Both the position numbers and the translations under genes were made by a program. Of a stretch of 64,000 nt of DNA, positions 35,240 through 43,713 are shown one piece after another (the stretch's first letter is position 1; the number at the start of each line of letters is the position of its first letter). The notes beneath the pieces were generated by a model that was not told the DNA's origin, ran no database searches, and worked only from the letters and a program-made list of their open reading frames with translations. This stretch comes from Corallochytrium limacisporum Hawaii. Taxonomy: Eukaryota > Protista > Pluriformea. Where the stretch lies: contig PDIP01000019.1 in assembly GCA_002811645.1 (NCBI GenBank), positions 186,588 through 250,587 on the forward strand, read 5' to 3'.

Positions 35240-37591
35240 ATGGCGGCGGGTCCATCATCGTCATATAGATCTGGGAGCAATATGGCACCCTTGCCCATCC
35301 TGGTCACTCGGGGGCTCAATGACAAATTGTACGACAGGAGAAAGATTGCGGCCCTCGAAGTAGAACGAATTGTGAAAGAGGCACTGCATGCTGAAGACCA
35401 GGAACATATTCAAGCCATTGTTGCATATATTCGGAAGGAATTCGCCTACTCTCCAACAGCCAATGCACGGAAAGGAGGTCTGATTGCATTGGCAGCCATT
35501 GCTATTGCCATGGGACCGGACAATATCAAAGACCACATCCACCAGATAGTGCCACCGGCTCTGGCCTGCTTTCAGGATCCGGACTCCCGTATTCGGTACT
35601 ATGCGTGTGAGGCCCTGTATAATATTATGAAGGTCGCACGGTACCACATCCTCGAGTTCTTCAATGACATCTTTGACAGTTTGAGCCGGCTAGCTGCGGA
35701 TCCGGATCCGAATGTAAAAAACGGGGCTGAACTCACAGATCGCCTTCTTAAGGATGTTGTAATCGAATCTACCTTTTTTGACGTGCAGAAATTTATTCCA
35801 CTATTGAAAGAACGTATTCAGGTCATTGATCCGTTCGTTCGCCAGTTTGTGGTCAGCTGGATTGACACCTTGGATGGGGTACCGGACATTGATTTGGTTG
35901 AGTACTTGCCAGAGTTTTTAGACGGTCTTTTTATGATCCTCAGTGATCCCAAGACAACGCTGCAAACCCAAACACAGAAACAACTTGAAGAATTTTTGCG
36001 GGAGATTGAGTCCAGCAATCGGGTAAACTACCGTGCTATGATCACTATTGTCATCAAACACTGTAATTCCCGCGACTTTGAGACGAGGCAGATGGCTCTC
36101 ACGTGGCTCTTTACCTTCACACGCATGTACGGCACCGGAATACTTGCATATTTGCCAGATATTTTACGTGTTGTACTGCCGTATCTTTCTTCACCCAAAG
36201 CCCAGTTGAAGTCTGCCGCAAAGGATGTAAACCAGGCTCTTCTACATGTCATTGAGCGCCCTGATGAGTGCATGCCGCCGCCAACTATTAACGATGCGAC
36301 TGGTGATGAGGAGAAGGTAGACCTGGAGAGTGAACTCAAAGTTGGCCCGGTAATTAAGACCCTGAATCTGCAGCTACTCGACAAAGCAACCGTGACACGA
36401 AGGGAGGCACTACTGTGGTACCTTACTCTCCACCGTCACCGTCCGGACGACCTCTTAGATCACGTCGACGAGTTCTTCCCTCCGCTGCTAAAGACCTTGT
36501 GCGATACAAGCAACGAAGTGGTTCTGAAGGCCTTAGAAATTCTGGCAGAGATTTGCTGTAGCACCGAAGACTCCAAGGGCACGCTGAACGGTGCGGTAGG
36601 GACTGCAGAACAGCAGCCGTATGTTCCACAAGTTAAGGTGAAAGAGCACTACTTTGATCGCTTCGTTAAAGAACTGATCAACTTGTTTGCAGAAGATAAG
36701 GATTTCCTGCTGTCCCGCGGCAGCTTCATTGTGAAAAAGGCCTGTACCTTGATGCCAGCTAGAGCATTACTCAGCTCCTTGGCCACCAACCTGACGCTGG
36801 AACGTGTGCCAGATGAACAGATCATTTGCAGCATTGTCCAGCTCGCCAACTACACACTTCTCACCGCCGGAGAGCTGCAGGAAGTGCGCAATACTATCAA
36901 GGAGCTGGACTCCGTGGAGGCTGTTGAGTTCTTCTCACTTCTATACAAGTGCTGGTCAGTGAATCCCATTAGTCTGTTCTCCCTTTGCCTGCTTGCCCAA
37001 AAGTATGAACATGCCTACAAGCTTATCGTCATTTGTGGCACACTGGAGATCAATGTTCAGTTCCTCATTGAAGTTGACAAACTGGTGCAGATGCTGGAGA
37101 GCCCGATTTTTGCGTATCTGCGACTTCAACTCTTGGAACCTGCGAAGCACCCTTACTTGTTGCAGTGCCTGTACGGTATTCTAATGATCTTGCCGCAGTC
37201 TCCTGCCTTTACGCTGTTGCAGAACCGTTTGAGTGCTGTACCCCCATCGATGATGACAGCCACGCATGGGGAGCACCGCAAGAACCTTAAGGAAGCGGCC
37301 ACAGACCGGAGTCCCGTGACTAAGAAAAAATCCAAGGACAAGTCACGCAGCTTCTTTGCAAAGTCCAAGGCGAATCAGGATGAGGTACCCGCTAACAACA
37401 ACGAAGGCGACGAAAACAACAGCACCGAGGACGGTCTGCAGCGTGGGTTCGGTTCCAATCCCTCCCTTCTCAGTGGTCGCAGTCGGGAGGTGAGTCGGGA
37501 CCAAACTGGTGATCTCGACTTTGATGACCTTTTGGTCCATTTCATGGATGTTAGGCGTCAGTTAGACGAGCTGCGTCACCAAAACCTGTAG
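35240..37591 (+). CDS. VAC14: Vac14 scaffold of the PIKfyve/Fab1 complex
   Basis: LNDKLYDRRKIAALEVE, RKGGLIALAA, DSRIRYYACEALYNI, VKNGAELTDRLLKD, IDLVEYLPEFLDGLF, DKLVQMLESPIFAYLRLQLLEP, LYGILMILPQS. ATG at 35240. Confidence 0.96.
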   Translation: MAAGPSSSYRSGSNMAPLPILVTRGLNDKLYDRRKIAALEVERIVKEALHAEDQEHIQAIVAYIRKEFAYSPTANARKGGLIALAAIAIAMGPDNIKDHIHQIVPPALACFQDPDSRIRYYACEALYNIMKVARYHILEFFNDIFDSLSRLAADPDPNVKNGAELTDRLLKDVVIESTFFDVQKFIPLLKERIQVIDPFVRQFVVSWIDTLDGVPDIDLVEYLPEFLDGLFMILSDPKTTLQTQTQKQLEEFLREIESSNRVNYRAMITIVIKHCNSRDFETRQMALTWLFTFTRMYGTGILAYLPDILRVVLPYLSSPKAQLKSAAKDVNQALLHVIERPDECMPPPTINDATGDEEKVDLESELKVGPVIKTLNLQLLDKATVTRREALLWYLTLHRHRPDDLLDHVDEFFPPLLKTLCDTSNEVVLKALEILAEICCSTEDSKGTLNGAVGTAEQQPYVPQVKVKEHYFDRFVKELINLFAEDKDFLLSRGSFIVKKACTLMPARALLSSLATNLTLERVPDEQIICSIVQLANYTLLTAGELQEVRNTIKELDSVEAVEFFSLLYKCWSVNPISLFSLCLLAQKYEHAYKLIVICGTLEINVQFLIEVDKLVQMLESPIFAYLRLQLLEPAKHPYLLQCLYGILMILPQSPAFTLLQNRLSAVPPSMMTATHGEHRKNLKEAATDRSPVTKKKSKDKSRSFFAKSKANQDEVPANNNEGDENNSTEDGLQRGFGSNPSLLSGRSREVSRDQTGDLDFDDLLVHFMDVRRQLDELRHQNL

Positions 37592-37751
37592 ATTTAACCA
37601 ACGTAACACTCACTTGAGTACACTCTTAGATTTTTAATGCGTTCAAGAGACTGCTTGTCTTTCATGGAACGGAGTCAAGGATGTGTCTCTACTGCCTCCA
37701 ATAATAGACTACAAAGAAAGAGGAACGAAAGACGACATGTCTGCAACACAC

Positions 37752-38753
37752 TTACGATCCGTCCGCCTTGGCAGTTTCCTTGTCCTTCTTGTCTGCCTTA
37801 TCCTTCTCTTCAGCAGCCTTCTTCTCCTTCTCCTTTTCCAGATCCTCCTCCAGACCATCCTCTCGCTGTTCGTGCTCCCGATTTTCAATCTTGTTGTCGA
37901 TAAGATTGTGCAGAGCAATGATGGAACGAATCATAGCGGCAAGGTAGATGATCAGGAACTGGTCGTTTGTCTTTACACTGAAGGCAGTGAGCAGACTCTC
38001 TAGGTTCAGGTTTGGGAGAAGGTTTAGCAGGTCCTGCAGCTGGTACATGATCTGGTAGTTGATGGGCAACTCACCTTTGTGTACCTTCTCCACGTACTGA
38101 TGAACATCGTCAAGCCGTGTCTTCAGACTGCGCAGCGCAGACATCTGGTTGCTGATTCGCTGAGCCAAAGTTCCTGCAGTGGAGTCCTTGATGTCACGTA
38201 ATAAGTGTTCCACACCGACTTCCTCCGCCTCTTCTGCACCGATCTCGGAAGGAATGTGCTCAAAGGTTTTGCTCTTCGGAGTACCGTCGTCATGAACCTC
38301 TTCAACGGCGTAGTAAGCGTCAGTAGGAATACCCATCTCCCGAGGAGTCACCTCAATGATCACCAGTACTGCATTGGGGCTGAAGCGGCGGATCAAGTCG
38401 TTGATCAGCATATCGTTCTTACGTAAGGCAGGTCCCGTTGAGTACCAACCTACAACACGTTCCCGAGCATTGACCTTGCGGAACATGTTGAACATATTTT
38501 CCAGGTAGTTGTGGTCCAGAAAATGGATGCTGGGATCCTTCTCGTCTTCCTCGAAGGGTACTGCGAACGAATTACTCACGTCTAGTTCATTACCCTTCCT
38601 TGCACCCAGCAGCACACCAACCACACGCTTGCTCGTGTTCTTTGCTACACGATTATAATGGTCTACCACGCTTAACAACACCAAAGGATGCACGACCACC
38701 CGTTGCGGCTTCCATAGTGTGTAGTTTGTGTTCGGTCCGAATGTATCTTCCAT
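37752..38753 (-). CDS. PSMD7: 26S proteasome lid subunit Rpn8 (MPN domain)
   Basis: [67 protein letters not shown]; charged KE tail. Confidence 0.97.
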   Translation of the reverse strand: MEDTFGPNTNYTLWKPQRVVVHPLVLLSVVDHYNRVAKNTSKRVVGVLLGARKGNELDVSNSFAVPFEEDEKDPSIHFLDHNYLENMFNMFRKVNARERVVGWYSTGPALRKNDMLINDLIRRFSPNAVLVIIEVTPREMGIPTDAYYAVEEVHDDGTPKSKTFEHIPSEIGAEEAEEVGVEHLLRDIKDSTAGTLAQRISNQMSALRSLKTRLDDVHQYVEKVHKGELPINYQIMYQLQDLLNLLPNLNLESLLTAFSVKTNDQFLIIYLAAMIRSIIALHNLIDNKIENREHEQREDGLEEDLEKEKEKKAAEEKDKADKKDKETAKADGS

Positions 38754-39279
38754 AGTTTACGATGTGTCTAAACTTAAACTTACAACAAACCAGTGTTGAT
38801 ATACAGTTATTTAGTTGTTCTACTGCTCTCTTGTTCAGTTCCTCGAATTTCTTTGATCAAAGTCTGCGACAACACCAAACAAATCTATTCATCCAATTCC
38901 TATGTGAACTAGGTTACTCTCGGTCAACAACGCTGAATGTTGCTGTTACCCAATCAGGAGCAAAGACAGGCTTGATGTAGCTAACGAGACCTCAAAATTA
39001 CTTGAATTTGTCGAAAACGTTTTGCGGAAGGGATGATCCAGAAATATGCGGCTCCCGGGTGTTGTCCGGTCTGCGTCACATTAGTGGCTGTTTGGACTTC
39101 CTCTTCGTTCCCGAAGGCGAAGTCGGGCGGTTAAGAATCGGACCGTGTCTGGACTCCTCCAGCTCAGATATGACACCTGGCAGGTGTTTCTCTTTCCACG
39201 GCCGACGCAGTTGGCGCCTTTACAGTTTACCGTAGTAAATGTACCACAGACTTTGTTGTTCCTTTGCGTTTCTTGGACG

Positions 39280-39850
39280 AAGAAGGGGGAGGGGGGGGAA
39301 AGCAGGAGGGGACGAGGGGAGCCAGAAGGCGAAGGGCGCAACAGACGGAGAGGGGGCAGGAAGAGGGAGAGTGAGTGACTTGGTTTGGGACAGCCAATGG
39401 AAAAAGCGAAACCCCTAAACAGTTAATCCAATTTAATCACTTTTGGTTTTCTACCGGTGTTCTTCGGCTTCACGCGAAGGGCATAACAAAGGCGATTGAA
39501 GAAGAAATGACAGGTTCATCGTACACTAGGCAACTTATTAAGTATAGGCCTGGGCGGTAGTCAAATTGATCGGATGTATGTGAGCGCACTCTGACCTATC
39601 CTTCTCTTGTTCTTCAATGGGTCGAATAGTAAGAGTACTGTGTTTCCCTGGCTTGGCGGAAGCAACGGAAGAATGGCGCCCGGGGTGGGGGAGGAGGGGG
39701 GAGGGGGGACCAGAATTACAGCCAAGCGGGCGACACGTGGGGGGCCTCCCAGTGCTGCTCCTGCTGCTTACTTCAGCTGGATTCCCTGCCCCTTGGCCTA
39801 TTTTCCAGCCCACCACCCCGCAGCGGGCGCTCCTAGCGCAGGGGGGCTGT
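39280..39850. promoter_or_regulatory. G-rich islands in the Rpn8/eIF3c divergent intergenic region
   Basis: G-run clusters at ~39280-39375 and ~39680-39710; CCAAT at ~39394. Confidence 0.4.
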
Positions 39851-40158
39851 AGCTTCCCTATCCTCAGCTTACAAACAGCCAGGTCTCACACGCACGCAAG
39901 CAACTCATTCCGCCACAGATTACGCATGGGAAGAGTACCATCGCACACGAAACATTTAGTGCAGGAACCGTGGGCTCGGTCAGAACTGTAAATGGCAAGG
40001 GGTTCAGCCCATATACATTCTTATGTTACTGTGGAGGTAGAGCTATTGTATACTTTGCTGCTATTTAATCTATCCAGGTCATTGCATGGAAATATCGGAC
40101 AGAAACAATATTAGTGACACTTTTGTACAACTAGTGCGGGAAAAACGCTGCAGCAAGA

Positions 40159-42933
40159 ATGTCGGGAATCGCATCCCGCTTTTACGCAGCATCTTCCTCC
40201 GGGTCGGAGGACGAGCAGAGTGACGATGAGTCCTTTGAACAGCAGGTTCCGGCCGGACGTAGTCGTTTCCTGGCCAGTGACAGTGAGTCTGAAGACGAAG
40301 AACGTGTGGTAAAGTCAAAGAAGGACAAGCGTTTCGAAGAACTTGCTGAACTCGGTCGCAATATTCGCAACCATAAAAACATTAAGGACTGGAATGCCGC
40401 ACAGTCTGACTATGACGCAATGGAGAAGGCACTAAAGAAGACCAAGGGAATCGTTGGGGGTGGTGCCACGCCGAAGATATTCCTGAAGTACCTGATCGAA
40501 CTCGACGAAGCCGTGGAACAGGCAGCAGCAGATAAGGAGGGTCGCAAGAAAATGAGCAAGACCTCCGTGAAGGCATTGAACGCCTTGCGTCAGAAGCTGC
40601 GCAAGGCTGTGCGTGCTTATGAGGGTGAGATTGAGCTCTACAAGAAGGATCCTCTGGTATCTGGCGAATCTGACGACGAGGACGAAGACGAGGATGAGGA
40701 CGAGTCGGAGACTGAGAGCGAGGAAGAGGAGAGCGAGGACGAAGCCCCGAAGGCTGCTACTAAGGCTCCCGCCAGCCGTTTCCTGCGCGCCGCTGCGGGC
40801 GGTGATTCCGACTCTGAGACAGACAGTGACGAGAGTAGTGACGATGATGATGACCAGGTGGCTCCTTCATCCAAGTGGTTGAAGGCCAGCTCTGACAGCA
40901 AGAAGAAGAGCAAAGCCCCGAAGGAAAAGAAGACTAAGGTTTCCAAGGGACCTATCGAAGGCATTGACTCCGTAATCACCACTAATGACTTCACTACAGT
41001 GCAGGCACCTACTAGCAAGGGAGCCAAATCCAAGGATCTGTTTGAGGGTGAGAAGGACATTACAGTTGAGGTTGTGCAGAACAAGATTCTTGACGTCTTG
41101 GCCCAGCGTGGTCGCCGTGGTACGGACCGTGCTGAACAGGTTACCCTGTTTAAGAAGATCCGCGAAGTTGCCCGAGAGAACAAGCTTGGTTTGGGTATCG
41201 ACCTTAAAATCCTTTTGCACCTGATTAGCGCCCAGTTCGATCTGACTCCTGCGACAGCCACCCACATGGATTTGGAGCACTGGAATACCTGCTACGAATT
41301 CATTATGGAACTGATCCGTGAACTCGAGGATCATCCTGAGATTCGCATGGGCGAGGACTTCTCTGAGGAGGAAGAGATTCTGGAGCCCGAGGATGGCAAG
41401 TACATGATCAGGGGTTCCCCAATCTCCCTGGTGGAGCGTCTCGACGACGAGTTTACTCGTTCTCTGCAGAATCTGGATCCCCACACCACCGCCTATGTTG
41501 ACCGGCTCAAGGACGATCAGCGCCTCATTGAAATGATCATACACATGGAGAAGATCTTGGTGGCCTACGGCAACAATGCCAACATCTGCCGCATTTACCT
41601 GCGTCACCTGGAGCACGTCTACTATCGCGTGGACAAGGATCTATTGCAGCAGACCGACTTCTCCGCCCCATCTGCTGGTCGCAGCATCCAGACCGGCATC
41701 CATGGTTATGTTGAGGCCGACGTACACGCCGAGAGCTTGGAGCTTGTGACCAAACTGGCTACCTACCTGTACCGCTACGATGACACTGGTCGCCTGCGTA
41801 CTAAGGCTATGCTCTACCATATTTACTTCTTGGCTCTACACAATTTCTGGCACAAGAGCCGTGATCTGTTGCTAATGAGTCACTTGCAGGACGCTGTTGT
41901 GAACCTCGATATTCCTGCCCAGATTATTTACAACCGTACAATCGTGCAGGTTGGTCTGTGTGCATTCCGCACTGGTCACATCCGTGAGGCCCACCAAGCC
42001 CTTCACGACGTGATTGTTAGCAACCGGTTCCGAGAGCTACTGGCCCAGGGTACCGCCAGCCAACGCTTCCGTGACCAAGAACGCAATCGCGAACAAGAAA
42101 AGGTTGAGAAACGCCGGCAGATGCCCTTCCACATGCACATTAACCTGGAACTTCTGGAATGTGTCTACCACTGCTGCGTTCTCTTGCTGGAGATCCCCCC
42201 GATGGCTTCTGGTCTGCATGGTGACCGCCGTCGCATGATCTCCCGGCCATTCCGTCGTCTGCTCGATATCTTCGAGAAGCAGCCGTTCAATGGACCCCCG
42301 GAGAACACCAAGGAGCACGTCGTGGCTGCCGCCCGTGCTTTGATGCAAGGTGAGTGGCGAAAGACTCAGGACCTGGTCCTAAACTTGAAGATTTGGAACC
42401 TTATGCCCGATCACGAGAACGTAAAGAAAATGCTGGCCCGCAAGATCCAAGAGGAAGGTCTTCGCACCTACCTATTTGCCTACTCTGGCGTTTACGAGAC
42501 GCTGCGTCTTGAGGTTCTGGCTGAGATGTTCGAGCTGCCCACAAATGTGGCCTACTCTATCATCTCTAAGATGATGATCAACAACGAGCTCTCCGCCAGT
42601 TGGGACCAGCCTAGCCAGAGCATTGTCCTGCACCGTGCCGAGGCTACGAAGCTGCAGTTCCTGACCTATCAAGCCGCTGAAAAGGCCATGGACATCCTAG
42701 TCTACAACGAACAGATGCTTGAGCGCCAGTCAATGGGTGCTTTCAGCTTCCGTGGACGTGGACGCGGTGGCCGAGGCGATGGAGAAGGCTTCCAATTCCG
42801 CAAGCGGGAAGGTGGCAACTTCCGAGGAAGAGGCGGTCGTGGCGGTCGTGGCGGTCGCCGCGGGGGCCTGGGACTCTTCCGTACCATCGAACCCCCGAGC
42901 CAGCGCCGGATTGCACAGCGGGTTGGCTACTAA
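40159..42933 (+). CDS. EIF3C: Translation initiation factor eIF3 subunit C (Nip1)
   Basis: RVVKSKKDKRFEEL, ERLDDEFTRSLQNLDPH, QMPFHMHINLELLE, GPPENTKEHVV, PCI domain, C-terminal RGG tail. Confidence 0.97.
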   Translation: MSGIASRFYAASSSGSEDEQSDDESFEQQVPAGRSRFLASDSESEDEERVVKSKKDKRFEELAELGRNIRNHKNIKDWNAAQSDYDAMEKALKKTKGIVGGGATPKIFLKYLIELDEAVEQAAADKEGRKKMSKTSVKALNALRQKLRKAVRAYEGEIELYKKDPLVSGESDDEDEDEDEDESETESEEEESEDEAPKAATKAPASRFLRAAAGGDSDSETDSDESSDDDDDQVAPSSKWLKASSDSKKKSKAPKEKKTKVSKGPIEGIDSVITTNDFTTVQAPTSKGAKSKDLFEGEKDITVEVVQNKILDVLAQRGRRGTDRAEQVTLFKKIREVARENKLGLGIDLKILLHLISAQFDLTPATATHMDLEHWNTCYEFIMELIRELEDHPEIRMGEDFSEEEEILEPEDGKYMIRGSPISLVERLDDEFTRSLQNLDPHTTAYVDRLKDDQRLIEMIIHMEKILVAYGNNANICRIYLRHLEHVYYRVDKDLLQQTDFSAPSAGRSIQTGIHGYVEADVHAESLELVTKLATYLYRYDDTGRLRTKAMLYHIYFLALHNFWHKSRDLLLMSHLQDAVVNLDIPAQIIYNRTIVQVGLCAFRTGHIREAHQALHDVIVSNRFRELLAQGTASQRFRDQERNREQEKVEKRRQMPFHMHINLELLECVYHCCVLLLEIPPMASGLHGDRRRMISRPFRRLLDIFEKQPFNGPPENTKEHVVAAARALMQGEWRKTQDLVLNLKIWNLMPDHENVKKMLARKIQEEGLRTYLFAYSGVYETLRLEVLAEMFELPTNVAYSIISKMMINNELSASWDQPSQSIVLHRAEATKLQFLTYQAAEKAMDILVYNEQMLERQSMGAFSFRGRGRGGRGDGEGFQFRKREGGNFRGRGGRGGRGGRRGGLGLFRTIEPPSQRRIAQRVGY

Positions 42934-43713
42934 GTCACACGGCTTCGGACCTCTCGTAAACATGAACATCGCATCTCCTCTTTGCACCATCTCTTTTGCA
43001 TCAATGGAGATCGTCTTACAGCACAGAATACAAACTAGCTCCTTCTTTACCATATGTTGATACTGTATTACTTGTGGTTCCCTGCTACTGTCCTTCCGAT
43101 CTGACGGGTCAATAACATTTCGGACGGGGCCCTGATTCTCTGTTCATCTCCATGCTTTGCCCCTTCAAACACCATGGGCTCAGGCTGCTACGTCAACCAG
43201 CTGCAACGCCCTCCCCACTGCACCTACCGCACCCCCCAACCTTCCGCAACCGCAAAGCGTTGCCCAATTTTTCCGTTCGGGCTTGCTTACGTTTCGATTA
43301 CCAGGACGGGCACCCGCCGGCCGTAAGAAACAAGTGTCCCGGGCCGTAGGGATCGCAGTACGAGTCCAAACCCGGCAACAGAGGGTTCGTACGTGTTTTC
43401 TGACTGATCGTACGCGCTTTCGTTGGCTGTCAAATTCTTAGGGTGGAAGTATTGCGGTCCATATGGCAGGCACATCATCTTGCACCAGGGTGTGGCTGTC
43501 GTGGCTGCTGGTGGTCTGCAGAGGTGTGATTCGTTCTTCGTTTTCGGGCGTGGTGCATAGTATTTAAACGAGATAGAATGTCCAACGCAAACCGGCCCCA
43601 GGCCATACTGCCACATCCATAGTCTGCCCCAAGAATAGCATTGTGGTCTCCTCATGATCACAATAGCATCGAAACTTTAGTTACCAGCAAACGGAGAAGC
43701 AAAACACCTGTTC